Part shown: positions 10,144 through 19,659 of the stretch, in pieces
How positions within the stretch are numbered: the first letter of the stretch is position 1
Layout: each line of letters begins with the position of its first letter
Source of the DNA: Methanosarcinales archaeon
GTDB taxonomy: Archaea > Halobacteriota > UBA148 > JAUWXC01
Assembly: GCA_026016205.1 (NCBI GenBank)
Contig: CP061209.1
Coordinates: forward strand, 117,469-181,468
DNA: 64,000 bases
Direction of reading: 5' to 3'
The notes under the pieces: generated by a model
What the model was told of the DNA's origin: nothing
The model's database searches: none
Seen by the model: only the letters and a program-made list of their open reading frames with translations
Position numbers and translations under genes: made by a program

Positions 10144-10676
10144 AGATTTACACCTAATATTCCTGACATTACACCCCAATCGACACTCTCTTTGAAGGTC
10201 TTGACAAACTCATCTTTCGTGGAGTATGGGATGACACCAACGACCGGTTTTCCGGTTCTTTCTTCCAAAAACCTCAGCCCAGGCTTTAGGATCTCCTCAT
10301 CACCTCTGAATTTGTTGATTAAAAAGCCGGAGATACGATGTTGCTCTTTCAGCAGTGCATATGTGCCATACAGTCCTGCGAATACTCCCCCTCTCTCAAT
10401 GTCCCCGATCAAAATAACAGGGGCATTTGCCATGTTTGCCATCTTCATATTTGTTAAATCCCATTCTATTGGGTTTCCAATACCTTCCAAGATGATGCAA
10501 TCGTGCCCGCGCTGTAATCGCGTAATCGTCGTTCTGATTATATGCTCATCAAAGCTCACATCGGGCTGAAATGTTGTGACATTATATCCTCTTTCGCTAA
10601 GCAATATGCATAACGCCTTGACTGCGACACTTTTTCCGCAGTTACTCGTGGCACCTTGGAGCATCAGATTATTCAT
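10140..10676 (-). CDS. short CobQ/BioD-like P-loop ATPase-domain protein (AAA_26-like), no glutamine amidotransferase domain
   Basis: 'GATSNCGKSV' P-loop, 'ILEGIGNPIE', 'DIERGGVFAG', 'INKFRGD' blocks of the CobQ/CobB ATPase domain in only 178 aa. Confidence 0.4.
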   Translation of the reverse strand: MNNLMLQGATSNCGKSVAVKALCILLSERGYNVTTFQPDVSFDEHIIRTTITRLQRGHDCIILEGIGNPIEWDLTNMKMANMANAPVILIGDIERGGVFAGLYGTYALLKEQHRISGFLINKFRGDEEILKPGLRFLEERTGKPVVGVIPYSTKDEFVKTFKESVDWGVMSGILGVNL

Positions 10677-11544
10677 GGGCCATCGCCTCTATCCTGTCCA
10701 TGTCTACACTCGCAGAAATGATTCTGGCTAATTTATCAATTTCATCATCTAACTGTTGAAATCCCGAAGGGATTACAACTCTCGCAGATATTCGATCTGC
10801 GACATCGTCAACATCCAAGTCATCATTATGCCCATTCTCAAGCCCGAGAGAGTCCTCTGCTGGAAGACGTAAATTTTCTATACGTGGAACTACGCCCAGA
10901 ACTGGTTTACCGATAACTCTCTCAAGATCACTTACCTCAAGTGATTCGCCATGAAATTTATTGATTACGACTCCTTCATATCGGTCCTTTTCATTTTCCA
11001 AGAGTTCCAGCGTGCCGAACAGATAAGCGAATGATCCTCCGTGCTCGACGTTATGGACAAGTATGCATTTTGCATCGGCTAATTTGGCTGGATATGTGTT
11101 TACGATGTCGTGCTGCAAGATATTGATCTCGGCTGGACTGCCAGCCCCTTCAAGGATAATCAGATCGTATTCTGATGATAGGCGCCTGAGACATGTCTTG
11201 ACAATTCCCCGTCCTCGTCTCTTGACGAACTCGTGATACTCCCGAACATTCATATCAGCGTAAGGTTTGCCGCGTACAATCACCTGGGAGATATGATCTG
11301 CTTTTGGCTTCAACAATATCGGGTTTATGTCAACAGTGGGCTCAATCCTGGCGGCATGCGCCTGCAATGCCTGTGCTATGGCAATCTCGCTTCCATTTTT
11401 GGTGACGTACGAGTTGAGCGACATGTTCTGGGCCTTGAAAGGGGCCACGCTGTAACCTTTGTCGGCAAATATCCTGCATAGCGCGGTTGCTATGATCGTT
11501 TTTCCTGCATTAGAGGTAGTTCCATGGATTGCGATCGCTGGCAT
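10669..11544 (-). CDS. CobQ N-terminal ATPase-domain-like protein lacking the GATase domain
   Basis: 'GTTSNAGKT...APFKAQNMSLNSYVT...LLKP' aligns by eye to the cobyric acid synthase N-terminal domain; C-terminal ~60 aa do not resemble a type-1 GATase. Confidence 0.5.
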   Translation of the reverse strand: MPAIAIHGTTSNAGKTIIATALCRIFADKGYSVAPFKAQNMSLNSYVTKNGSEIAIAQALQAHAARIEPTVDINPILLKPKADHISQVIVRGKPYADMNVREYHEFVKRRGRGIVKTCLRRLSSEYDLIILEGAGSPAEINILQHDIVNTYPAKLADAKCILVHNVEHGGSFAYLFGTLELLENEKDRYEGVVINKFHGESLEVSDLERVIGKPVLGVVPRIENLRLPAEDSLGLENGHNDDLDVDDVADRISARVVIPSGFQQLDDEIDKLARIISASVDMDRIEAMAHE

Positions 11545-11565
11545 CGATATAATAATTTGCAATAA

Positions 11566-11613
11566 CCTATATAAAGGTGGTTAACTTAACCAGCTTGATG
11601 GTTATATTAACCA
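11566..11613. promoter_or_regulatory. divergent promoter region with TATA box (tatataaa) followed by two related palindromes GGTTAA-c-TTAACC (11579-11591) and TGGTTA-tat-TAACCA (11599-11613)
   Basis: seen directly between the minus-strand cob operon and the plus-strand btuFCD operon; ATG of btuF at 11624. Confidence 0.45.
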
Positions 11614-11623
11614 AGGTGTAATT

Positions 11624-12565
11624 ATGAACTGGAAAAAGATCGGGACAATCTTGGCAATCGTGCTGCTTTTGACCGCGCTCAGCGGTTGCGTTGAATCAGG
11701 ACGAGACTCCACACAACTAACAGCAGAGGAATACCCACTAACAATCGCAGATAATCTGGGACGGAATGTAACGATTTTTAAGCAGCCAGAGAGAGTTGTG
11801 TCTCTAGCGCCCAGCAACACAGAGATACTTTTTGCCCTTGGTTTGGGAGATAAAGTCCTTGGAGTGACAGAATACTGCAACTATCCCTTAGCAGCACAAG
11901 AGAAAGAGAAAGTAGGGGGCTTCAGCACGGTCAGCATCGAAAGAGTTGTCGCATTAGAGCCAGATCTAATTCTAGCCGCTGGCATACATGAATCGATCGT
12001 GGGTGACTTGGAGAGACTTGACCTAACTGTGGTAGTTCTAGATTCAAAAAACGTGGACGACATACTTGAGAACATCATACTGGTTGGGAAAATTACTGGG
12101 CAAGTAGGAGTTGCCGAAGAACTAACAGCCAGCATGGAGCATAGGATTAATGCGATAACCAGCAAGGTGGAGAACGCCAAGAGGACAGAGGTGTTTTACG
12201 TAACCTGGCATGACCCGCTGAGAACCGTGGGACCTGGGACAAATATCCACGAATTGATTCGGCTGGCCGGTGGCAGCAACATCGCCGGTGATGCCAGGGT
12301 GGACTATCCCATCTACAGCCTGGAGACGTTGATCGAGCGCGATCCGGACGTCATCATCATCTCCTCAAAGCACGGTGCTGGAGGCCCCACGGTCGAGAAC
12401 ATAGGGACCTTGCTACAGGACAGGGGCATATCCGCCGTCAGGAACTGCAGAATCTATGAGATAGACGCGGATCTTGTCGTGAGGGATGGGCCCAGGGTAG
12501 TGGACGGGCTGGAGGAGATGGCCAAGTGCATACACCCAGAATTATTCGGGGTTACTGATGAGTAA
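11624..12565 (+). CDS. ABC transporter substrate-binding lipoprotein (BtuF/FhuD cluster, cobamide or siderophore)
   Basis: signal peptide with lipobox LSGC; class III periplasmic-binding-protein sequence features. Confidence 0.8.
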   Translation: MNWKKIGTILAIVLLLTALSGCVESGRDSTQLTAEEYPLTIADNLGRNVTIFKQPERVVSLAPSNTEILFALGLGDKVLGVTEYCNYPLAAQEKEKVGGFSTVSIERVVALEPDLILAAGIHESIVGDLERLDLTVVVLDSKNVDDILENIILVGKITGQVGVAEELTASMEHRINAITSKVENAKRTEVFYVTWHDPLRTVGPGTNIHELIRLAGGSNIAGDARVDYPIYSLETLIERDPDVIIISSKHGAGGPTVENIGTLLQDRGISAVRNCRIYEIDADLVVRDGPRVVDGLEEMAKCIHPELFGVTDE

Positions 12566-13604
12566 GAGTTATCTAGAAAAGGTCCTCCAGTGGAGATTGA
12601 TTGTAGCCTGTCTGGTAGCAATCTTAGGGTTGACTATTGTCCTAGCGACGACCTTGGGTCCTGCACAGATATCTTCCCTGGTTGTTTTAAAGATACTAGT
12701 CAGTAGATTGCCTTTGGTAAATGGCTTAGTTACCCCCTCTTGGTCTATTGCCGAGGATACCATAGTTTTTCAGATTCGACTACCTAGAGTCCTCTTGGGA
12801 ATATTGGTAGGGGCATCTCTTAGCGTCGCAGGTGCGACGATGCAAGGACTATTCAAAAATCCCATGGCAGATCCCTACATAATTGGAATCTCCTCTGGCG
12901 CCGCTCTGGGAGCGACCTTAGCCATGGTTGGACTTGCCCACATGAGCATGTACACCATACCATTGATGGCTTTTATCTTCGCCGTGGGTGCTATCTTTCT
13001 TGTCTATAATATCGCAAACGTGGGAGGAAAGTTGCCGGTAGGAACATTACTACTTGCTGGGATAGCAGTGAGCCTTTTTCTATCAGCCATCACTTCATTT
13101 ATGATGTACATCTCTGGCGAGAGATTACATGGGATTGTCTTTTGGCTGATGGGTGGATTGTGGGCTAGCTCATGGGATCATGTTTGGATGGTCCTTCCCT
13201 GGATCTGTGTTGGCACGTCGGTCATCTACATCTTCGCTCGGGATTTGAATGTAATGCTGCTAGGCGAAGAGCCAGCTCAGCATCTGGGAATAGAAGTGGA
13301 GACCCTGAAAAAGGTCATGATGGTCTCAGCTTCTTTGATTACCGCAGCGGCAGTGGCTGTTAGTGGAATAATCGGGTTCGTTGGCCTGATAATTCCCCAC
13401 ATTGTGAGAATTTTAGTTGGACCGGATCATCGAATTCTTCTTCCAGGCTCTGCTCTTGTAGGAGGAATCTTCTTGGTCTGGGCAGACACCCTTGCTAGAA
13501 CGATCATCGCTCCTACAGAGATACCGGTGGGCATCATTACAGCGCTCTTTGGCGCTCCATTCTTCATTTACCTATTGCGCAGTAGAAAGAGGTCGATGTT
13601 CTAG
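12558..13604 (+). CDS. ABC transporter permease, FecCD/BtuC family
   Basis: polytopic; typical FecCD blocks ('[12 protein letters not shown]', '[15 protein letters not shown]'). Confidence 0.85.
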   Translation: MSKSYLEKVLQWRLIVACLVAILGLTIVLATTLGPAQISSLVVLKILVSRLPLVNGLVTPSWSIAEDTIVFQIRLPRVLLGILVGASLSVAGATMQGLFKNPMADPYIIGISSGAALGATLAMVGLAHMSMYTIPLMAFIFAVGAIFLVYNIANVGGKLPVGTLLLAGIAVSLFLSAITSFMMYISGERLHGIVFWLMGGLWASSWDHVWMVLPWICVGTSVIYIFARDLNVMLLGEEPAQHLGIEVETLKKVMMVSASLITAAAVAVSGIIGFVGLIIPHIVRILVGPDHRILLPGSALVGGIFLVWADTLARTIIAPTEIPVGIITALFGAPFFIYLLRSRKRSMF

Positions 13605-14918
13605 GTGGTGATAATAATGTCATTCATTACGCTAAAAATTAATAATATCGCCTGTCGCTATGAGAGCACCGAGATTCTGGAGAACATTGAGTTCTCCGCC
13701 AGTGGAGGCGACTTTGTAGGTGTGCTGGGACCAAACGGATCGGGCAAAACGACTTTGCTCAGGAGTATTAGCAGGACGCTAAGACCGCACATGGGGGCGG
13801 TTCTTTTAAACGAAAAAAATATCTACGCTTTGCCCAGCAAAGAGGTAGCCAGAAATTTAGCTGTGGTGCCCCAAGACTCGCCAATAAGTTTTGACTTTAC
13901 GGCATTGGAAATCGTACTCATGGGAAGAACTCCCCACCTGGGCAGATTTGAGATCGAGAGTGCTAAGGATTTAACCATAGCCAAAAGGGCCATGAAGCTA
14001 ACTAATACATGGCATCTTTCCGAAAGACCGATCACCGAGTTAAGTGGAGGGGAAAGACAGCGAGTCATTCTTGCTCGTGCTCTCGCTCAAGAGCCAAAAG
14101 TTCTCCTTCTAGATGAGCCCACTACGCATCTAGATATCAACCACCAACTAGAGATATTAAGCTTAATCAAAAGACTGAACAAGGAAGAAAAGACAATCGT
14201 CATAGCGGTCTTTCACGACCTTAATTTGGCTGCACTCTATTGTGATTTTCTCATACTACTTCACCACAGAAAGATATTTTCTCTTGGCTCACCAGAAAAA
14301 GCTCTGACGGCTGAAAACATCAAAAAGGTATACGATGCAGAGGTGTTAGTGAAAAGACATCCTGCAACCAATTCGATATATATCACTTTACTTCCGAGGA
14401 GAAACTACGTTTCTCCCTCGACCCTTTTCCTTAAAGGGGTGTCAAAAGGGCGAAGCCCATTTGTCATTCACATAATATGTGGCGCTGGTAGTGGCTCGCA
14501 GTTGATGCATCTTCTCCTCGAGAAAGGATACCAAGTAACTGCAGGCGTGCTTAATGCAATGGATACCGATCACGAAACGCATCAACATTTAGGTATTTCC
14601 ATAGTCAGCGAAGCTCCGTTCTCTCCCATTTCTTGCGAGATGCACGAAGCCAATCTAGGACTAATTGATCAAGCAGATGTCGTCGTGCTGACGAACGTAC
14701 CATTTGGCTATGGGAACTTAAAAAACCTGGAGGCAGCTGAGTTTGCCTTGGAAAACAAGCCAGTACTTCTTATAGAGGAGGCGCCTATCGAGCAAAGAGA
14801 TTTTACCCAAGGCGAGGCAAAGAAAATCTACACTAGACTAAAAAGTAATGGTGCAATTGTTCTGCATAGCCCAGAAGAGGTTTTACCAATTATCGAAAAA
14901 ATGGCGAGGCGAGTATAA
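13605..14918 (+). CDS. ABC transporter ATP-binding protein (BtuD/FepC-like) with ~170-aa C-terminal extension of unknown function
   Basis: Walker A 'GPNGSGKTT', signature 'LSGGERQRV', Walker B 'LLLDEPTTHLD'; extra C-terminal domain 'VIHIICGAGSGSQ...VVVLTNVPFGYGN...' not present in canonical BtuD. Confidence 0.8.
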   Translation: MVIIMSFITLKINNIACRYESTEILENIEFSASGGDFVGVLGPNGSGKTTLLRSISRTLRPHMGAVLLNEKNIYALPSKEVARNLAVVPQDSPISFDFTALEIVLMGRTPHLGRFEIESAKDLTIAKRAMKLTNTWHLSERPITELSGGERQRVILARALAQEPKVLLLDEPTTHLDINHQLEILSLIKRLNKEEKTIVIAVFHDLNLAALYCDFLILLHHRKIFSLGSPEKALTAENIKKVYDAEVLVKRHPATNSIYITLLPRRNYVSPSTLFLKGVSKGRSPFVIHIICGAGSGSQLMHLLLEKGYQVTAGVLNAMDTDHETHQHLGISIVSEAPFSPISCEMHEANLGLIDQADVVVLTNVPFGYGNLKNLEAAEFALENKPVLLIEEAPIEQRDFTQGEAKKIYTRLKSNGAIVLHSPEEVLPIIEKMARRV

Positions 14919-15535
14919 TGATCGTGAAGATTGCAAAGGAACTGAGCACACCAAAGAGGGGATTGTCACCTAACTATTCGGAGTTTCACGTGGTCATGGC
15001 CTTCTTCCTTCTTGGGAAAAATCCAATGGGCAGAAAGGCATTGGCAGAACGTCTTGATGTGGGCGAGGGGACGGCACGCACCCTGATTGAGAAGTTGCAA
15101 GATCAAGGGTTGGTCAGTGCCTCTCTAACTGGATGTCAACTAACCGAAAAAGGAAATGAAATGCTGACAAATTTCAAGAAGAGGGTTTCATATCAACCAA
15201 AGATAGAAACGGGCGTGATAACGCTCGGAAAAGCGAATTCTGCAATTCTCATCAGAGGCGCTGCTAAGCTCATAAAATCTGGGATGGAGCAGAGAGATGC
15301 TGCGATATCAGTGGGTACGATGGGCGCAACTACCATCCTATTTGACAAAGACGGCCCAAGGGTTCCCACAATCACCGCCGATGAAAACATGCGGACACGC
15401 CTGAGAGTACTCTGCGAGGACATGAAAATGGAAAAGGGCGACGTCTTGGTAATAGGGACTGGTAAGACTGAAGAGGAAGCAGAGCGAGCTACATGGGCAG
15501 CGGCATATGCCGTGCTGGAGCGTATGCAGTCTTAG
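14918..15535 (+). CDS. winged-HTH domain protein of unknown function (possible regulator of the cobamide cluster)
   Basis: N-terminal MarR/Lrp-like wHTH 'GRKALAERLDVGEGTARTLIEKLQDQGLV'; start overlaps the btuD-like stop (ATGA). Confidence 0.4.
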   Translation: MIVKIAKELSTPKRGLSPNYSEFHVVMAFFLLGKNPMGRKALAERLDVGEGTARTLIEKLQDQGLVSASLTGCQLTEKGNEMLTNFKKRVSYQPKIETGVITLGKANSAILIRGAAKLIKSGMEQRDAAISVGTMGATTILFDKDGPRVPTITADENMRTRLRVLCEDMKMEKGDVLVIGTGKTEEEAERATWAAAYAVLERMQS

Positions 15536-15546
15536 GGAGGGTAATC

Positions 15547-16605
15547 ATGCAGAAAATCAGAGAAACGATTGATCAAATTGAGCCGCTAGATGAAAGGGCA
15601 ATGAGACTTGCTAAAGAAAGGCAAGATATCTTGACCAAGCCTAAGGAGAGTTTAGGGGTACTGGAGGATTTATCAATTCAAGTGGCAGGGATTACAAGAA
15701 ATTCCATGCCCAAGATACGTGACAAAGTGATCATAACGATGGCTGGTGATCATGGTGTGGTCGAAGAAGGAGTAAGCGCATATCCCCAGGAAGTGACTCC
15801 CCAGATGGTCTATAATTTCATCAGGGGCGGAGCGGGCATAAATGTTTTAGGACGGCATGTTGGTGCCAGAGTTGTAGTTGTCGACATGGGTGTGGCTGCT
15901 GACGTGGAGCATCAGAATCTACTGAATAAAAAAGTGGACTATGGAACGAAAAACATGACCAAGGGCCCTGCTATGAGTAGCGGACAAGCGGTGAGGTCGA
16001 TTGAAGCAGGGATAGAAGTCTTTGAAGAGGAATTGAGAAAAGGTCTGGACGTCGTGGGAACAGGGGACATGGGCATTGGAAATACAACCCCCTCCAGCGC
16101 AATTGTGGCTGCCATCACAGGGGAAAAAGTTGAAAGAGTTACTGGCAGGGGAACGGGAATTGATGATGCTGCACTGAAGGCTAAGGTAAGGGCAATTAAA
16201 AAGGCACTGAAAGTCAACCAACCAGACCCAAATGACCCTTTAGATGTTCTGGCAAAAGTTGGAGGCTTTGAGATTGGTGGATTGGCTGGCGTGGTTTTGG
16301 GTGCAGCAGCCCATAGGACACCGGTGGTAATAGATGGATTTATCTCTACTGCTGGTGCCCTTCTTGCAACAGAACTCGCCCCTCTGGCAAAGCAGTATAT
16401 AATCGCCTCTCACAACTCGGTCGAGATAGGTCACAGGGTTATGTTAGAAAGAATGGGATTGAGGCCACTTCTGGACTTGAATATGCGACTGGGGGAGGGG
16501 ACCGGAGCAGCTCTTGGGATAAGCATTGTGGAAGCGAGCACAAAGATATTGAAAGAAATGGCTACATTCGCCGATGCGGGAGTTTCGGAGGCAATAGAAG
16601 AATAA
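15547..16605 (+). CDS. cobT: nicotinate-nucleotide--dimethylbenzimidazole phosphoribosyltransferase
   Basis: archaeal CobT family blocks ('GTGDMGIGNTT', 'IDGFISTAGAL'); about 350 aa. Confidence 0.85.
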   Translation: MQKIRETIDQIEPLDERAMRLAKERQDILTKPKESLGVLEDLSIQVAGITRNSMPKIRDKVIITMAGDHGVVEEGVSAYPQEVTPQMVYNFIRGGAGINVLGRHVGARVVVVDMGVAADVEHQNLLNKKVDYGTKNMTKGPAMSSGQAVRSIEAGIEVFEEELRKGLDVVGTGDMGIGNTTPSSAIVAAITGEKVERVTGRGTGIDDAALKAKVRAIKKALKVNQPDPNDPLDVLAKVGGFEIGGLAGVVLGAAAHRTPVVIDGFISTAGALLATELAPLAKQYIIASHNSVEIGHRVMLERMGLRPLLDLNMRLGEGTGAALGISIVEASTKILKEMATFADAGVSEAIEE

Positions 16606-16615
16606 GGGGCATTCT

Positions 16616-17266
16616 ATGAGCTACATTGCATCATGGAGTGGTGGTAAGGATAGTTGCTTCGCCTGTTATGAGATAATGTGTAGGGACTATGATATTTCCT
16701 GTCTCGTAAATTTTATTTCTGGAGAGACAAAAAGAGTGTGGTCTCATGGTACAGGGGCAAGATTGATTCAATTGCAGGCAGAGGCAATCGGCATCCCGCT
16801 GTTGCAAATAGAAACCACTCGGAACGGATATGAGGAACGGCTTAAGGGTGCTGTGCGAAGTTTGATTCCTGCTGGTGTAGAGGGCATGGTTTTTGGCGAT
16901 ATCCATCTCCAGGGGCATAAGGAATGGGCAGAGCGAGTTTGCGGAGAGTTAGGGATTGAGGCGATTGAGCCGCTATGGAAAAAGGATCCAGAAGAAATTC
17001 TCATCGGGTTTATGGATGCTGGTTTTGAGGCAACGATAGTTAGCGCTAAATCTGATTTGTTTGATGAGGGATGGATTGGCCGGGAGGTGAATAGGGAGTT
17101 TTTGAAATATCTGAAAGACAATGATATTGATGTTTGCGGGGAAAATGGCGAATACCACACATTTGTGACCAATGGCCCCCTATTCAAGGAGAAGATAAAA
17201 ATCACTACGGTGGAAAGGGGTGCCTTCGCAGGTGCGGAGAGATCTACATCGACTCTGGAGCCGTAA
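16616..17266 (+). CDS. PP-loop ATP pyrophosphatase, diphthine-ammonia ligase (Dph6/MJ0570)-like
   Basis: 'SWSGGKDS' PP-loop at N-terminus; about 216 aa. Confidence 0.6.
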   Translation: MSYIASWSGGKDSCFACYEIMCRDYDISCLVNFISGETKRVWSHGTGARLIQLQAEAIGIPLLQIETTRNGYEERLKGAVRSLIPAGVEGMVFGDIHLQGHKEWAERVCGELGIEAIEPLWKKDPEEILIGFMDAGFEATIVSAKSDLFDEGWIGREVNREFLKYLKDNDIDVCGENGEYHTFVTNGPLFKEKIKITTVERGAFAGAERSTSTLEP

Positions 17267-18950
17267 TCCCCAACAAACCCAATACATTCGCCAAGACAAT
17301 CCTTGCGCAGTCCACAAGTGCCAATCTCGCATCTCTCAGCGCATCCTCTACCTTTAGCACAGGAACTGCGCGATAGAATTGATTGAACGTCTCAGCTAAC
17401 TCCCTTGCATAGGTCGCTACGACGTATGGCTTCAGGTCTTGTGCTGTCGAATCTACTATGCTTGGCAAAAAAGCCATCTTCTTGATTAGTTCTATCTCCT
17501 CTGGCGCGGTGAGCAGAGAGGGATCAAATTTATGCTTGATTTCGCCTGCCTTTTTCAAAATGCTACATGCCCTTGCATGGGAGTACTGGATGAAGGGTGC
17601 CCCCTGTTTCTCAAAGTCCAGCGCATCCTCCCATTTAAACGTCATCATCTTTTCTGGGGCAACCTTGATGATGTCGAACCTAACAGCACCCATGCCGACG
17701 ACCTCGGCGATATCTCGCTTCTCCTTCTCAGACAGTTCAGGCCTTCTTTTCTGAACCTCGATGTATGCTCTTTCGCATGCCTCATCCAGCAAATCATCCA
17801 GATTGACCACAACACCCTTGCGCGTGGACATTCGTCCTTCTGGCAGCGATACAAACGAGTAGAACACTATCCTCGGCTCCTTCTTTAATCCGAGTATCTT
17901 GAGGGCGCACTTAAGCTGCTCCATCGATAACTTCTGGTCCTCACCGAGCACGTTTATTACAACATCTGCATGCTTAAACTTCCAGAGATGGTAGGCAACG
18001 TCCCTTGTGGTGTAAAGCGTAGTTCCGTTGAAGCGTGTCAACACAAAGTCCTTTTCCACTCCGAATGATGTCAGGTCAAGCGCTAACGCACCATCCTCCC
18101 GCTTTATGTACTTGGTCTTTTTCAATTTTTCAAGAACTTTTTTCACAGAGCCATCAATCACGAATTGGGACTCCCATACATATCTGTCAAAGGTGATGTC
18201 AAGCCGCTCCAGGGTTTGCCTTTGCCCATCAATACACTTGTTCACCACTGTCCTGAACTTCTCAATCGTACTTGCATTGCCTGACTCATATCTACCCAGG
18301 ATTTGGGCAATTTGAGACTCTGCATCAGGGTGTTCAGCAACGATTTGAGTCGCTTTCCTGTAGTATCGCACGATATCGTAGTCCGGCTTATCTCTCTCTG
18401 ATTTTTGCAATGCTTTTTGCTCTATATTATCATAGCCCCAAACGATTGTGGCAACCTGTTTCCCCATGTCGTTTACATAATACTGTATCTCAACATCATA
18501 GCCAGCGCACCTAATTATCCTGGCAAGGGTATCGCCTATTATAGGGTTCCGCCCCCTGCCGACGTGCAAGGGTCCGGTTGGATTTGTAGACGTGTGCTCG
18601 AGAATGATGCGTTTATCCTTCTTGGGAAGCGAACCATATTTCTCGCCTTCTTTGAGAATCAGTAGGGCTGTTTGATTCAGGAATTCCCTGTTGACGTAAA
18701 AATTGATGTACGGTCCTTTGGCTTCTGCACGTTCAACAAGCGTCTTTTCTGGAATTCGAATTTTTCGTGAGATATCTTCTGCGATGCGCCCAGGGGACTT
18801 CTTGTATTTTGGCACGAGTCTGAACGCAACAGATGATGCAAGGTCGGCATAATCTGATGTCTCTAAGCACAACGTTTCTACTTTGTAACCGGCTGCCTTG
18901 ATGGCATCTTGCAGAAGAGACTCCACTTCGCTCTTAAACTTGAGAAACAT
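17244..18950 (-). CDS. argS: arginine--tRNA ligase
   Basis: HIGH-type motif 'TNPTGPLHVGRGRN', class I ArgRS architecture; start placed at MFLKFK (track ORF extends to 19013). Confidence 0.9.
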   Translation of the reverse strand: MFLKFKSEVESLLQDAIKAAGYKVETLCLETSDYADLASSVAFRLVPKYKKSPGRIAEDISRKIRIPEKTLVERAEAKGPYINFYVNREFLNQTALLILKEGEKYGSLPKKDKRIILEHTSTNPTGPLHVGRGRNPIIGDTLARIIRCAGYDVEIQYYVNDMGKQVATIVWGYDNIEQKALQKSERDKPDYDIVRYYRKATQIVAEHPDAESQIAQILGRYESGNASTIEKFRTVVNKCIDGQRQTLERLDITFDRYVWESQFVIDGSVKKVLEKLKKTKYIKREDGALALDLTSFGVEKDFVLTRFNGTTLYTTRDVAYHLWKFKHADVVINVLGEDQKLSMEQLKCALKILGLKKEPRIVFYSFVSLPEGRMSTRKGVVVNLDDLLDEACERAYIEVQKRRPELSEKEKRDIAEVVGMGAVRFDIIKVAPEKMMTFKWEDALDFEKQGAPFIQYSHARACSILKKAGEIKHKFDPSLLTAPEEIELIKKMAFLPSIVDSTAQDLKPYVVATYARELAETFNQFYRAVPVLKVEDALRDARLALVDCARIVLANVLGLLGITAPESM

Positions 18951-19005
18951 GCCTATATCACTTAGATGCGCTCGATAATTATAGTTTTGTGTTGACGCAA
19001 ATCTG

Positions 19006-19617
19006 TCATTCAAAATGTATCCTTTTCATCTCATCTTCGGTGATGCCCTTCAATTTGGCGAGGTCGGAAATGATCGAATCAAGAACTATCAGGGCGCTGC
19101 ACTCAAATAGATTCCCAAGGGGGCTGAGTGGGGCGTAAAGCCCTTTTTGCTCCCTGTCAAGGTAATTATTCTTTGGTACATCCATCTTTGTTTTCCCTGA
19201 CACTTCCAAGATGTGGTCGCAGTATTTTCTCAGTCTGGACTCCGGGCGCGAGGTCACTCCGAAGACGATTGCATGTAAATCCTTCGAGGTCTTTGCTCTA
19301 TTGACGACATCCGGCGTCTCACCAGACCCTAAGATTAAAATTATTGCATCTCCCTCATGCATTGCCGGCGCCGATTCACTCCCTACGAAAAAAGCGTTGT
19401 ACTTCAGATTGGTGAGTCTGGTCACCAGTGCTTTTCCTATAAGTCCAGAGCGACCTGCACCGTAAACGTATGTGTATTTTCCTTCTGCATCTAACTTATG
19501 CAGATTTTCAACGAACTCCTTGACCTGCACCTCCTGCATTTTATTATAAAGGGAAGATACGTGGTCTATGGTTAGTCGCAGTGATTTATAAAAAGTCGGC
19601 ACATCTTTCTCAACCAT
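19006..19617 (-). CDS. hxlB: SIS-domain 6-phospho-3-hexuloisomerase (archaeal RuMP pathway)
   Basis: 'YVYGAGRSGLIGKAL' SIS motif; about 200 aa. Confidence 0.6.
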   Translation of the reverse strand: MVEKDVPTFYKSLRLTIDHVSSLYNKMQEVQVKEFVENLHKLDAEGKYTYVYGAGRSGLIGKALVTRLTNLKYNAFFVGSESAPAMHEGDAIILILGSGETPDVVNRAKTSKDLHAIVFGVTSRPESRLRKYCDHILEVSGKTKMDVPKNNYLDREQKGLYAPLSPLGNLFECSALIVLDSIISDLAKLKGITEDEMKRIHFE

Positions 19618-19659
19618 GGCAAAAACTCACTCCTGACTTGATTTAAATTTATTGGTGAA

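Noticed and set aside
10140-11562. Frameshifted cobQ pseudogene
   Set aside because: Both ORFs begin with their own P-loop ATPase domain and neither continues into a recognisable GATase region in any frame I inspected, so they are reported as two ATPase-only paralogues rather than a broken cobQ. This remains uncertain.
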